From assembly GCA_002687715.1 (NCBI GenBank), contig NZBC01000077.1, forward strand, positions 1 to 49,151: a stretch of 49,151 bases of DNA, written 5' to 3'. Positions 18,414-27,668 of the stretch are shown in pieces. How positions within the stretch are numbered: position 1 is the stretch's first letter; every line of letters begins with the position of its first letter. Source of the DNA: Planctomycetota bacterium. GTDB lineage: Bacteria; Planctomycetota; GCA-002687715. The notes under the pieces were generated by a model. That model was not told the origin of the DNA. It did not search any database and saw only the letters and a program-made list of their open reading frames with translations. Both the position numbers and the translations under genes were made by a program.

Positions 18414-19616
18414 TCACGCGCTAGGGTGTACCGTGTTCCCGAGTGCTTCCATGAGGCACCTCACCAGCTTTTCGAAGTCGGTGATGTGGTTGTAGAGCTG
18501 GGCCGAGATGCGCAGCACGCGTCGGGGCGGTGCCGGCCAGGGACCGATGGGGACTTCGATGCGGTGCTCTTGCCATAGACGCTCCTGCATCGGGTCGACG
18601 TAGAGCGGGGAGGGGCGTCCCGGTTCGCCGTCGGGCAAGGGAACGGTCGCCATCGAACCGATCATCGATTCCGGAGCTGGGGGAGGGATGTCGAGCGCGG
18701 CGCAGGCCAGCCGGCGTCCTTCGAGAACGAGGTCGTGATTGCGGCGGCGGACCTCGGCCCATCCGCCCGGCACCATCGACTCCATGACCCGGATCGCTTT
18801 CGGCACGGACAGCCACGCCGTCGGATCGTGGGTCCCCGTCCAGTCGAACTCGTGGCGGAACCGCGACCGGTCGCCGGGTGGGATGGTGGCGCCATGGCTG
18901 ATCACGGCCGGTCGGAGCGTGGCCCGCCGATCCTCGCGCGCCCACAGGAACGCCGCGCCCTTGGGAGCGCAGATCCACTTGTGGGCGTTTCCGGTGTAGT
19001 ACGCCGGGCCGATCTCATCGATGCGCAGCGGGACCATGCCCGGTGCATGGGCCCCGTCCACAAGCGTCTCGATCCCCCGCTGCGAGAGCTCTCGGACCAT
19101 GCGCGCAATGGGCAGGACGAGCGCCGTCGAACTCGTTATGTGGTCGATCATCGCGAGCCGGGTCCGCGAGGTGCAGCGATCCAGGATGGCGGCGACGATC
19201 TCGTCCTCGGAACCGACGGGGAACGGGATGGTCGCGACGACGACCCGCGCGCCCGCCCGCTCGGCGGCGAGGTCGAGGGCGTTCCTGCACGCGCCGTACT
19301 CGTGGTCGGTGACGAGGACCTCGTCGCCGGCAGTGAGCGGGAACGAGTTCACGACCGCGTTGACCCCCGCCGTGGCGTTGTTCACGAACGCCAGTCCTTC
19401 GGGGTCGGCACCGAGGAACTCCCCCAGCCGCTCGCGAGCCGCGTCGAGCAGGGGGTAGTACTCACGAACGAAGAACCCCACCGGTTGGCGCTCCAGGCGG
19501 GCGCGCAGCTCGGATTGATGATCCAGCACCTCACGTGGACAGGCACCGAACGAGCCGTGGTTGAGGAACGTGACCTCGGGGTCGAGGGACCAGTGTCTGG
19601 AGAAAACGTCGTTCAC
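18414..19616 (-). CDS. Class V aminotransferase-fold PLP enzyme (isopenicillin-N-epimerase / cysteine-desulfurase-like). GTG start.
   Basis: 400 aa. LNHGSFGACP, VTDHEYGACRNAL, and YYTGNAHKWICAPKGAAFLW (PLP-Lys region) are typical of class V. Confidence 0.8.
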   Translation of the reverse strand: MNDVFSRHWSLDPEVTFLNHGSFGACPREVLDHQSELRARLERQPVGFFVREYYPLLDAARERLGEFLGADPEGLAFVNNATAGVNAVVNSFPLTAGDEVLVTDHEYGACRNALDLAAERAGARVVVATIPFPVGSEDEIVAAILDRCTSRTRLAMIDHITSSTALVLPIARMVRELSQRGIETLVDGAHAPGMVPLRIDEIGPAYYTGNAHKWICAPKGAAFLWAREDRRATLRPAVISHGATIPPGDRSRFRHEFDWTGTHDPTAWLSVPKAIRVMESMVPGGWAEVRRRNHDLVLEGRRLACAALDIPPPAPESMIGSMATVPLPDGEPGRPSPLYVDPMQERLWQEHRIEVPIGPWPAPPRRVLRISAQLYNHITDFEKLVRCLMEALGNTVHPSA

Positions 19617-19674
19617 GTCTCGACGATCCCACGGGTTCTCCGACCCGTCAAGCAGCCAGTATCATGTTCCGATC

Positions 19675-20364
19675 ATGAGGAACCTCGTCCTGAACAGCAG
19701 CTCCGCGCTTCACGGCTACGGATACATGGACCATTGCGAAACCGCGGTGCGGGACCTGTTCGACGGGTGTTGCGTGGTGTTCGTTCCCTGGGCTTTGCAC
19801 GATCTCGATGCGTACACGAGCACCGTCGGTGCGCGTTTCGAGAAGATGGGGATCGAGCTCGTCGGCGTCCACACCTTTGACGACCCCGTGGTCGCGGTGA
19901 ACGAAGCGGACGGAGTATTCGTCGGCGGCGGCAACACGTTTCGCCTCCTCACGCGGCTCCACGATTCGGGCATCTCAGGTGCGATCCGGGAGCGCGTGGG
20001 CAAGGGGATGCCCTACATGGGGTCGAGTGCGGGGACCAATGTTGCTTGCCCCACCATCATGACCACCAACGACATGCCCATCGTCCAGCCGCCGACGTTC
20101 GAGGCGCTTGACCTGGTCCCGTTTCAGATCAATCCGCACTACCAGGACCCTGATCCCGGCTCGACGCACAAGGGCGAGACTCGAGAGGATCGCATCCGCG
20201 AGTATCACGAGATGAACACGCACCCGGTCGTCGGGCTGCGTGAAGGCGGGTGGCTGCGGGTGCGAGGTGACGAGATCCGTCTCGAGGGGTTGTCGGGCGC
20301 GAGGATCTTCCGCCGCGACGCCGAGCCGGAAGAGGCCGAGCCGGGCGCCGAGCTGGTCTTGTAG
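19675..20364 (+). CDS. pepE: Dipeptidase E (peptidase S51, alpha-aspartyl dipeptidase).
   Basis: 229 aa from MRNLVLNSSSALHGYGYMDHCE with a GSSAG nucleophile-Ser motif. Resembles E. coli PepE. A 4-codon uORF (ATG 19664) overlaps the start. Confidence 0.8.
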   Translation: MRNLVLNSSSALHGYGYMDHCETAVRDLFDGCCVVFVPWALHDLDAYTSTVGARFEKMGIELVGVHTFDDPVVAVNEADGVFVGGGNTFRLLTRLHDSGISGAIRERVGKGMPYMGSSAGTNVACPTIMTTNDMPIVQPPTFEALDLVPFQINPHYQDPDPGSTHKGETREDRIREYHEMNTHPVVGLREGGWLRVRGDEIRLEGLSGARIFRRDAEPEEAEPGAELVL

Positions 20365-20377
20365 GAACCGCTCAATC

Positions 20378-20428
20378 GGCAAGAAAAAGCGGCGCGCCCG
20401 AAAGGCGTTTGCCCTCCGGGCGCGCGAG
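20378..20428 (-). terminator. Intrinsic terminator for the minus-strand SPFH gene: 9-bp GC stem (GCGCGCCCG/CGGGCGCGC) followed on the minus strand by CGCTTTTTCTT.
   Basis: Seen directly, between convergent pepE and the SPFH gene. Confidence 0.55.
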
Positions 20429-20464
20429 CCGGGGTCGTGTGATTCGCAGGCTGGCGGGCCTGGC

Positions 20465-21595
20465 CTACGACACGTCTCCTTCCTTCCTCACGAGACCACG
20501 CAGGCCCTCGAGCAGATCCGGCTTGCCGAACACGAACGTGCTCTGCGCACCGGCGAGGATCTCCTGCACCATCTCCAGCTCCTTCATCCGGGCGAGGATC
20601 GGGTTCTCCGCCAGGAGCCGGGCCGTGTTGGCCTGGCTTCTCGCGGCGGCCGTTTCCTCTCGACGACGGATCAGGTTGGCCTGGGCCTCCTTCTCCGCCT
20701 CGATGACCCGGTTCAGGAGCGCCTTCATGTCGCCCGGCAGGATCACGTCTCGCAGGCCGGTCGCGATGACCTCGAGTCCCAACCCACTCGTCGTCTCGAC
20801 GAGTGCGCCGGAGATCTCGGCGTCGACGCTCTCCTTGTCCTGCAGCAACGTGTCCAGCGTCCGCGAGGCGATCGCCCTGCGGAGCACGAGCTGTGCGTTC
20901 CTGTACAACGCGTCCTTCCAGTCCTGGACCGTGCTCACGGCCCTCTCCACGTCGATGACCTTCCACGTGACCAAGAGCGTCATCCGCAGCGTCACCTTGT
21001 CCTTGGTCATGATCTCCTGGCCCGCGATCTCCGACGTCTGTTCACGCAGGTCGACGTTCTTGAACGTGAGCTCACCGGCAGCACTCCAGTAGGCGTACCG
21101 GCCACCCTCCACCCGATCGATGAGGCGACCGTCCTGGTAGACGAGCGTGATCTCACTCTTCGGGACCTGGAGCACGGTGAACCACTGCCGGCTCGCCGGA
21201 TGCGCCAGGATCGCGTCGATTTGTGCGTGCTCGAATCGTCCACCGGTGATCTCGAGGACCTCGGCGGCCAGCGCGTAGGGCGACTTCCAGAACGCGTGAC
21301 GGCCCGGGCCCAGCAGCTCGAACAGCCGACCGTCCTTCCAGAGCAACGCACGTTGCCGGTCGGTGAGGTCGATGACCAGCAGGTCCTTTCGAACCTCCGG
21401 GTGCTCGACGAGCACGTCGATCTTCGGGTGGATCAGACGCGTCTGCATCGTGTCGACGATCTCGAGCCGCTCCCAGCCGGGACGGAGGATGCGCTTCCAC
21501 TGGCGCCACCGCCACGTACCCGGTCCGAGGACGCCCTCGATGTCTCCCCGCACCCAGCGCAAGGCTCGCTGGTACTTCGTGATGTGCAAGCTCAT
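20465..21595 (-). CDS. SPFH / band-7 (stomatin-prohibitin-flotillin-HflKC) domain protein. The N-terminal ~200 aa contain an internal duplication (LLWKDGRLFELLGPGRHAFW / LVYQDGRLIDRVEGGRYAYW).
   Basis: Start MSLHITKYQ at 21595, preceded by GGAGAGGAGAG. C-terminal half has the band-7 pattern and a coiled-coil tail (EAEKEAQANLIRRREETAAARSQ). No obvious N-terminal TM helix. Confidence 0.75.
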   Translation of the reverse strand: MSLHITKYQRALRWVRGDIEGVLGPGTWRWRQWKRILRPGWERLEIVDTMQTRLIHPKIDVLVEHPEVRKDLLVIDLTDRQRALLWKDGRLFELLGPGRHAFWKSPYALAAEVLEITGGRFEHAQIDAILAHPASRQWFTVLQVPKSEITLVYQDGRLIDRVEGGRYAYWSAAGELTFKNVDLREQTSEIAGQEIMTKDKVTLRMTLLVTWKVIDVERAVSTVQDWKDALYRNAQLVLRRAIASRTLDTLLQDKESVDAEISGALVETTSGLGLEVIATGLRDVILPGDMKALLNRVIEAEKEAQANLIRRREETAAARSQANTARLLAENPILARMKELEMVQEILAGAQSTFVFGKPDLLEGLRGLVRKEGDVS

Positions 21596-21616
21596 GATCG
21601 CTCTCCTCTCCGCATC

Positions 21617-21636
21617 AGCAGGTCCACAGTTGGACC
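21617..21636. promoter_or_regulatory. Perfect palindrome CAGGTCCA-CAGT-TGGACCTG about 15 nt upstream of the SPFH gene RBS.
   Basis: Seen directly. Confidence 0.3.
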
Positions 21637-21933
21637 TGGAATCCAAAACGGTGCTCGAAGCAGTCTCGTCGTCTACGTCGCCCCGGTTCCGCCTGGCGGA
21701 GCCGGAGGTCCCTCGGTGCACACGCGCTTCGGGTCATCGATCTCGCCGCGTTCTTCACTCCGCACGCAAGGGTGCGAGGTGTTGGGCGCGGTCGTCGTCG
21801 ACCACCGTGGTCACGTTCTGCATCCACGGGTCGCCTTCGTCTGCAAGGCCTGCCGATCCGGTGTCACACGTCGCTCTTTCGCGCAACGCGGCGACGGTCC
21901 GAGTCGTCCGCTTCGAGCCACCTTCCCTCCTTG

Positions 21934-22006
21934 GGTTTGGGGCGGGATTCGAACCCGCAACCGCCGAGTCAAAGTCGGTGCTCTCCCATTGAGCTACTTA
22001 CTCACG
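21934..22006 (-). tRNA. tRNA-like element (possible pseudo-tRNA or tRNA fragment). It has a canonical T-arm (GCGGG-TTCGAAT-CCCGC), a D-arm (GCTC-AATGGGA-GAGC) and an anticodon stem-loop whose loop CTTTGAC would give anticodon UUG (Gln). I could not pair an acceptor stem by eye, and no CCA is encoded.
   Basis: Minus-strand sequence: GTGAGTAAGTAGCTCAATGGGAGAGCACCGACTTTGACTCGGCGGTTGCGGGTTCGAATCCCGCCCCAAACC. Flanked by the direct hexamer CAAACC on both sides. Confidence 0.4.
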
Positions 22007-22116
22007 ACGCCGTGGTTTGATGCCGACCCGGAACGCAAGGCACTGAATCCGGTGGGACAGGCAGTGCGCCGGACGGCGGGACGTCGTTGAGTTCTTGTTC
22101 GGGTTGTCGTTGGTCC

Positions 22117-22153
22117 ACAAAAAAACCCCGGAGACCTTCGAAGGCCTCCGGGG
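22117..22153 (-). terminator. Strong intrinsic terminator on the minus strand: CCCCGGAGGCC-TTCGAA-GGTCTCCGGGG followed by TTTTTTT.
   Basis: Seen directly. Lies 25 nt downstream of the stop codon of the small ORF at 22179..22268. Confidence 0.65.
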
Positions 22154-22178
22154 CAGATCGTCGCGCTTCATCGCGTGA

Positions 22179-22268
22179 TCATGCCCCGGGCGGATCCCCC
22201 GTCGTCGTAGGTGCGCACCGGTCGAGACCGGCGTGCGTTGGGTTGGGGTTTGCCTGTTGGATCTTCAT
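22179..22268 (-). CDS. Small ORF (29 aa, MKIQQANPNPTHAGLDRCAPTTTGDPPGA) with a good Shine-Dalgarno (GAGGAA, 7-nt spacer) and an immediate downstream terminator. Below the ORF-track length cutoff.
   Basis: Hand-translated from the reverse complement of 22179..22268. RBS and terminator placement are the only support. Confidence 0.3.
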   Translation of the reverse strand: MKIQQANPNPTHAGLDRCAPTTTGDPPGA

Positions 22269-22582
22269 GGTGTCGTTCCTCGGGAGCGCGTGCCGCGCCG
22301 CCGGAGGGGAGACAAGATAGAACGCGGCGGACGGGATTCAAGCAACGCGCAAAAAAAACGATGCGAGGCGCGTGAGGGGCGCGCCTTGGGCGCGGTCCAG
22401 CGACGGAACCTCCATTCCCCCCTCGACGGAGGTCGAACGCCGCTGGTCGTTCACGCGTCTCGCATCTGCCCTCCCCGACGCCCTCGATGATGGTGAGCAA
22501 AAGACCGCGCCGGCCAGGCGCATGTGACTCCGCGGGCGCCTTGGTGCCTTCCCGGTGTGTGGGACGTTGCAAGGCAGGTCCG

Positions 22583-22610
22583 AGAGTACTTCGACCCTGT
22601 CGATCCTCAA
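22583..22610 (-). promoter_or_regulatory. Sigma-70-like promoter candidate on the minus strand just downstream of thrC: -35 TTGAGG, 16-bp spacer, -10 TACTCT, AT-rich upstream tract. It would drive a leftward transcript through a structured GC-rich ~230-nt segment to a hairpin plus T8 (22351-22387).
   Basis: Seen directly. No conservation data. Confidence 0.25.
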
Positions 22611-22660
22611 ACACAAATACCGGAAATTCAGATAATTAGCGCAGGCCGAAGACTAGGAGT

Positions 22661-23944
22661 TCACCTATCCAGGAGCCGACGCACGTCGTCGAGGGTCCCG
22701 TCGCTCTTCCGGGGGGCGTTGGCGTCATGGGACGTGATGCCATCGAGACGGTTCTGATGGTAGTTGACGACCGCATCCGGGTCCTTGAGGAGGTGTCCGG
22801 TGAGGACTCCGCAGACGCGCTCGTCCTCGCCGATCACCCCCGCGGCCGTGAGCTTGCGGATGCCGGCCACGGTCGCACACGACGCGGGTTCCGCACCGAT
22901 GCCGATCGCGTCGACGCGCGCCTTCGCGTCCATGATCTCCTGATCGGACACCTGTTCGACGACGCCCATCGTGCTCCGCAGCCCGCGCAGGCTCTTGCGC
23001 CACGACACGGGGTTGCCGATTCGAATGGCGGACGCGAGCGTATCCGCCGCGACCGGCTGTACGTCGCCGCCGTCCTTCCATGCGCGGTACAGCGGGTTCG
23101 CGCCTTCAGCCTGGATGACCGCGAGCCGGGGCATGCGTTGGAGGAACCCCAGCGCGTCCACCTCCGCTAGCGCCTTCGACAGTGCGGTGTTGTTCCCGAG
23201 GTTACCGCCGGGCAGGACGATCCAGTCCGGAGCGTCCCAGTCGAGCTGTTGCAGCATCTCCAGCGCGATCGCCTTCTGTCCCTCGACCCGGAACGGATTG
23301 ATCGAATTGACGAGGTAGATGCCTTCGGCCTCGCACACCTCCTCGACGAGCCTCATCGCCGCGTCGAAGTCACCGGGGATCTGGATCGTTCGCGCGCCGT
23401 ATGCGAGTGCCTGGGACAGCTTGCCGTAGGCGATCTTGCCATCCGGGATGAAGACGTAGGCGCGCATCCCCGCCTGCGCGGCGTACGCGGCCATCGACGC
23501 CGACGTGTTGCCCGTCGACGCGCACGCGATGCGTTCGAAGCCGTGGCGCTTCGCGATACTCACGGCGACGGTCATGCCGCGGTCCTTGAACGACCCAGTC
23601 GGGTTCTCGCCCTCGTGCTTCAGTCGCAGCCAGGGAACGCCGGTGAAGTCGCGCAGCGCGGCGCCGTCGTACAGCGGCGTGTTGCCTTCCTCGCGGGTCA
23701 CGACCTCGTCCGGCGGCAGCGGCAGGACGAGCTCGCGGAACCGCCACACGCCGGATCGATCGGCTGGGTGTTTGGACGCGAGACGCTGATCGAAGTGGCC
23801 CACCTCGAGACGTCCCCCCTCGGCGGCGAGCGTGGTCACGACATCGAGCGTTTCGCCGCAATCGCAGCGGTAGCGCACCTCGGTGCCGCGGTACAGCGTG
23901 TCGCACACGACACACTTGAATCGCCAGGGACAAGGGCCGGTCAT
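22661..23944 (-). CDS. thrC: Threonine synthase.
   Basis: Start MTGPCPWRFKCVVCDTLYRGTEVRYRCDCGETLDV (zinc-ribbon-like N-terminus of long-form ThrC), PLP Lys region GSFKDRGM. ATGA overlap with the thrB stop. Confidence 0.9.
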   Translation of the reverse strand: MTGPCPWRFKCVVCDTLYRGTEVRYRCDCGETLDVVTTLAAEGGRLEVGHFDQRLASKHPADRSGVWRFRELVLPLPPDEVVTREEGNTPLYDGAALRDFTGVPWLRLKHEGENPTGSFKDRGMTVAVSIAKRHGFERIACASTGNTSASMAAYAAQAGMRAYVFIPDGKIAYGKLSQALAYGARTIQIPGDFDAAMRLVEEVCEAEGIYLVNSINPFRVEGQKAIALEMLQQLDWDAPDWIVLPGGNLGNNTALSKALAEVDALGFLQRMPRLAVIQAEGANPLYRAWKDGGDVQPVAADTLASAIRIGNPVSWRKSLRGLRSTMGVVEQVSDQEIMDAKARVDAIGIGAEPASCATVAGIRKLTAAGVIGEDERVCGVLTGHLLKDPDAVVNYHQNRLDGITSHDANAPRKSDGTLDDVRRLLDR

Positions 23945-24873
23945 CGGGTGCGGGCTCCGGGGCAATCCGCGGGGGATACGAGGCTGCGAACGTCGAGACC
24001 AGCGATCGCGAACGTGTCGACCATGGCGTCGCGCACGCGCGTCGCGGTTGCAGTCGAGTGGCACAGGGCGAAGATCGATGGGCCTGACCCGCTCAGAGAG
24101 CTCCCGAGCGCACCGGCTTCCCGCGCGGCGGCCATCACCTCCAGGCAACCGGGAACGAGCGGTGCGCGGGCCGGGGTTGCGAGGACGTCCTCGATGCACT
24201 CGGCGAGCAGTCCGAGATCGCCGGAGAAACACGCGGCGATGAACGTCGCGAGGTTGGCGGAGTTCTTGACCGCGTCGCCGAGGGGGACCCGGTCGGGGAG
24301 GGCCTCGCGCGCTCTACGGGTCTCGACTTCGAGGTCCGGCGTCACCACCACGACCACGAGTCCTTCCGGAACGGGCAGCCGCAGCACTTGGAGCGGATCG
24401 GTCGATCGGACGAGCACGAGTCCGCCGAGCAGTGCGGGCGCGACGTTGTCGGCGTGGCGTCCGGAGACCGCGGCCTCTGCTTCCATGCTCGCGGCCACCA
24501 GATCCTGGCGCCGGAGCGGTCCCCCGATGACGACGTTGACGGCGTACGCGGCCGCCGCGGCACTTGCCGCTGACGATCCGAGTCCCGAGCCGATTGGCAT
24601 GCCCTTCTCGACTTCGAGTTCGATGCCGGCCTCGATGCCGGCGCGGGCGAGGGTCGCCAGCGCGGCGATCCCTGCCGTGTTGCGATCCGCCTCCAGCGGA
24701 AGCCGTCCGCCGTCGCCCTCCTGGCGAACGATGCGAACTCCCGGCGTCGGCACCAGACGTGCGGTCACGCGATCGCGGGGCGATTCGAGAGCGAGTCCGA
24801 GCAGGTCGAAGCCAGGACCGAGGTTTGCGACGGTGGCCGGCGCCGACGCCGTGACACAGGGCGCGTCGGTCAC
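23941..24873 (-). CDS. thrB: Homoserine kinase (GHMP kinase). GTG start overlapping the thrA stop (GTGA).
   Basis: ASAPATVANLGPGFDLLGLAL and PIGSGLGSSAASAAAA GHMP motifs. Confidence 0.85.
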   Translation of the reverse strand: MTDAPCVTASAPATVANLGPGFDLLGLALESPRDRVTARLVPTPGVRIVRQEGDGGRLPLEADRNTAGIAALATLARAGIEAGIELEVEKGMPIGSGLGSSAASAAAAAYAVNVVIGGPLRRQDLVAASMEAEAAVSGRHADNVAPALLGGLVLVRSTDPLQVLRLPVPEGLVVVVVTPDLEVETRRAREALPDRVPLGDAVKNSANLATFIAACFSGDLGLLAECIEDVLATPARAPLVPGCLEVMAAAREAGALGSSLSGSGPSIFALCHSTATATRVRDAMVDTFAIAGLDVRSLVSPADCPGARTR

Positions 24874-27413
24874 GCGACGCCTTCCGGGATCCCGGCGCGC
24901 TCGGCCGCGATGCGCAGCACGTCGCCGAGCACGGCCATCGCCGTGACCCCGATGCCGGCCCCGGGCCCGGTGACGACGAGCGGGCGAGCCGAGTAGCGGT
25001 CGGTCGTGAAGATAAGCATGTTGTCGGTGCCCTCGAGACGGCCGAGATTCGAATCGGCGTCGCCCTCGCGTGGTCCGACGTCGATTCGCCCCGTCTCGAT
25101 GCGCGCAACGTACCGCAGGACGCGCCCCGCCGCCCGCGCAGCTGTGATTCGTTGTGCCATGGTCTCGTCGTAGGTGGCGAGTCTCGCGAGCAAGGCGTCC
25201 GCTCCCGAGCACGTGAGTTCACGGGGTACGAGTCCGTCCGATTGTGCTGGGGCATCTCCATCCAGGAGCCCCGACATACGGCCGAGGATGAGCGCCTTGC
25301 GGACGACGTCGACCCCGAGCAGGTCGATGGTCGGGTCGGGCTCCGTGTACCCCCGGTCGATGGCCTCGCGGACGACCTCGGATAACGGACGGCCCACCTC
25401 CAGCTCACCGCAGACGAACGCCAACGTTCCCGAGAGGCAGCCTTCGACGGACCGGATCACGTCACCCGTCGCCCGCAGCGTCTCGACGGTATCGACGACG
25501 GGAAGCCCGGCGCCGACCGTCGCCTCCGCCTTGAGCCGCCGGCCCGCGGCTGATGCGGCCCGGCCGAGATCGCGCCACACGGCGATCGGGCCGGCCAGCG
25601 GTTTCTTGTTCGCGGTCACGACGTCGACCCGGTGGCCGAACGCTTCGACGAACAGCTGGTCGGCGTCCGCCGCGTCCGACGTGTCGATGAGGATGGGGCG
25701 CGCAAGCCGGAAGCGCGTAGCGGCCGCGAGCATGGAGGACGGCGACGCGTCGGCGACGGCGCCCGGTCGCGACGCAAGCGGGTGTCCATCGGTCTTGGCG
25801 ACCGCCGCCGCCTGGAGGGCATCGGGGGAGAGGCCGCGCGGGGCGAGGAGGTACCCGCTGCGATCACACACTGCGACGATCCGCACCTCCAACCCGAAGC
25901 GATTCCGGACGTGGCCACTTCGCTCGAGGACGAGGCGCACGAGCTCGCGGCCGATCGCGCCGAATCCGAAGACGAGCAGGTCGAGGCGCCGGGTCGTGTC
26001 CTCGCCAGTGTCGAGACGGTGCAGCCCGAACGCATGATGGATCGCGCGGACGGCGTCGTCGGCGTCGCGGCGTTCCACGGCGAGCGAGATGTTCAGTTCG
26101 GACGACCCCTGAGCCACGGCGAGGATATTGGTTCGGCGCTCGGCGAGCGCACCGCACACGCGCGCGGCAACTCCGGTCGTATGGGCCATGCCGAGTCCCA
26201 CGGCCGCGAGCAGCGCGATGTGCCGCTGCACGATGATCTCCTCGACGTCGCCGCTGGACAGGTCGCTCCGAAATGCGCGCTTGAGCGCCACCTCGGCCTC
26301 GGTGGCCTGCGTCTCCGGCACGGCAAGACAGATCGAAGACTCCGAGCTCGACTGACTGATCATGGTGACGCTGATGTCCGCCAGCGCCAGCGCGCCGAAC
26401 ACGCGCTTCGCGATGCCGGGCACGCCCGCCATGCCCTTGCCTTCGATGGACACGAGCGCCTGGCCGACGATCGCGGAGACGGCCTTCACCGGGTGCGACC
26501 CTCGGGTGAACCGGCCATCGATCACCGTGCCCGCAGTCTTCGGGTCGAGCGTGCTGCGGATGCGGACTGGGATACCCTTGCCCGCCACTGGGATGATGGT
26601 CCGCTGATGCAGCACCCTCGCGCCGTAGTACGACAGCTCTCCCGCTTCGCGGTAGTTGAGATGGGGGATGGGTCGCGCCTCGGGCACGATGCCGGGGTCG
26701 GCGGTGTACACGCCATCCACGTCGGTCCAGATGACGACCTCGTCTGCGTCGAGCGCGGCGGCGAGGAGTGTCGCCGAGTAGTCCGATCCGCCCCGGCCGA
26801 GCGTCGTCGTGCCGCCGTCGGGGCCTTGCCCACAGAACCCCGTGACTACCGGGATCCGCCCACTCTCGAGGTGAGGCGACAGCGCGTGCACGATCTCGCG
26901 ATCGGCGACGCCGGGTAGCGGAGTCGCTGACCCGAAGTTGCTGTCCGTCTCGAGGAACGAGTCGGCGTCGAGGGCCTCCGCGTCGGATCCCCGCTGCCGT
27001 ACGGCATGTGCCAGTAGCCGGATCGACAGCTTCTCACCGACCGCGACGATTCCGTCTCGCGCCCGCGGACTGAGTTCGCCGAGCGCGGCGATACCGCGCA
27101 GCCGCATCTCCAACCCGGCGCACAACACGCGCACCGCCTCGGAAGTCCCGATGGCCTCTACACCACCGAGGTCCCGCAACGCATCCTCGTGCCGGGTCCG
27201 GATCGCCTGCGTCGCGTCCACGGCCCGGTCGAGGTCTCCCTGCGAGGCCGCCTCCGCGGCCTGAAGCAGATCATCGGTCGTGCTCCCCATCGCCGAAGCG
27301 ACTGCGACGATGCGTGCCGCCCCTGCCGCCGCAACCAGGAGGTCCGCACACCGCCCGATCCGGTCTCCGTCACCAACGCTCGTCCCGCCGAACTTGTGGA
27401 CTTCTGTCCGCAT
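24870..27413 (-). CDS. thrA: Bifunctional aspartate kinase / homoserine dehydrogenase.
   Basis: Start MRTEVHKFGGTSV. N-terminal amino-acid-kinase domain, two ACT regions, and a C-terminal homoserine-dehydrogenase domain (848 aa). The in-frame upstream extension to 27668 is low-complexity and was not used. Confidence 0.9.
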   Translation of the reverse strand: MRTEVHKFGGTSVGDGDRIGRCADLLVAAAGAARIVAVASAMGSTTDDLLQAAEAASQGDLDRAVDATQAIRTRHEDALRDLGGVEAIGTSEAVRVLCAGLEMRLRGIAALGELSPRARDGIVAVGEKLSIRLLAHAVRQRGSDAEALDADSFLETDSNFGSATPLPGVADREIVHALSPHLESGRIPVVTGFCGQGPDGGTTTLGRGGSDYSATLLAAALDADEVVIWTDVDGVYTADPGIVPEARPIPHLNYREAGELSYYGARVLHQRTIIPVAGKGIPVRIRSTLDPKTAGTVIDGRFTRGSHPVKAVSAIVGQALVSIEGKGMAGVPGIAKRVFGALALADISVTMISQSSSESSICLAVPETQATEAEVALKRAFRSDLSSGDVEEIIVQRHIALLAAVGLGMAHTTGVAARVCGALAERRTNILAVAQGSSELNISLAVERRDADDAVRAIHHAFGLHRLDTGEDTTRRLDLLVFGFGAIGRELVRLVLERSGHVRNRFGLEVRIVAVCDRSGYLLAPRGLSPDALQAAAVAKTDGHPLASRPGAVADASPSSMLAAATRFRLARPILIDTSDAADADQLFVEAFGHRVDVVTANKKPLAGPIAVWRDLGRAASAAGRRLKAEATVGAGLPVVDTVETLRATGDVIRSVEGCLSGTLAFVCGELEVGRPLSEVVREAIDRGYTEPDPTIDLLGVDVVRKALILGRMSGLLDGDAPAQSDGLVPRELTCSGADALLARLATYDETMAQRITAARAAGRVLRYVARIETGRIDVGPREGDADSNLGRLEGTDNMLIFTTDRYSARPLVVTGPGAGIGVTAMAVLGDVLRIAAERAGIPEGVA

Positions 27414-27668
27414 GGGTCGGGATTCTAAGCGCGTCGGAGAAAAGGCGGGTTCAGGTGGGGAGGCGAGTTTCGCTGCGCAGTCGGCGTCGGGCGCGTTCTC
27501 GGCGCTCGTTGACGGTGCCGTCTCTCGCGCGGGCCCTGGATCGCGGGGCCACCGCTCCAGTCCAGAGGGCGGCGCACGCTGCCCTGCAGGCGGTGACGGG
27601 ATTGCGACGTGGCGCGGCCCCTCGTGCCTGGAGCGATGTCGTCCGACGGTGACCGGCGCTGCTACCAT

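Noticed and set aside
19664-19678. 4-codon uORF (ATG TTC CGA TCA TGA) overlapping the pepE start codon.
   Set aside because: Too short to evaluate. Likely coincidence in the divergent promoter region, with no RBS of its own.
21934-22006. Possibility that the tRNA-like element is the tRNA-like domain of a (two-piece) tmRNA.
   Set aside because: It has a full D-arm and anticodon arm, which the tmRNA tRNA-like domain lacks. There is no tag reading frame ending in ...ALAA, and no CCA-adjacent acceptor pairing.
27414-27668. Threonine-operon leader peptide / attenuator upstream of thrA, or an 85-aa N-terminal extension of thrA from ATG 27668 (which has a good GAGAGGAG RBS).
   Set aside because: No Thr/Ile-codon-rich leader ORF is present. 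The extension is low-complexity (P/A/S/R-rich). ThrA homologs start at MRxxKFGGTSV, which matches the 27413 start. The apparent RBS is just the complement of the neighbouring gene's SD hairpin.
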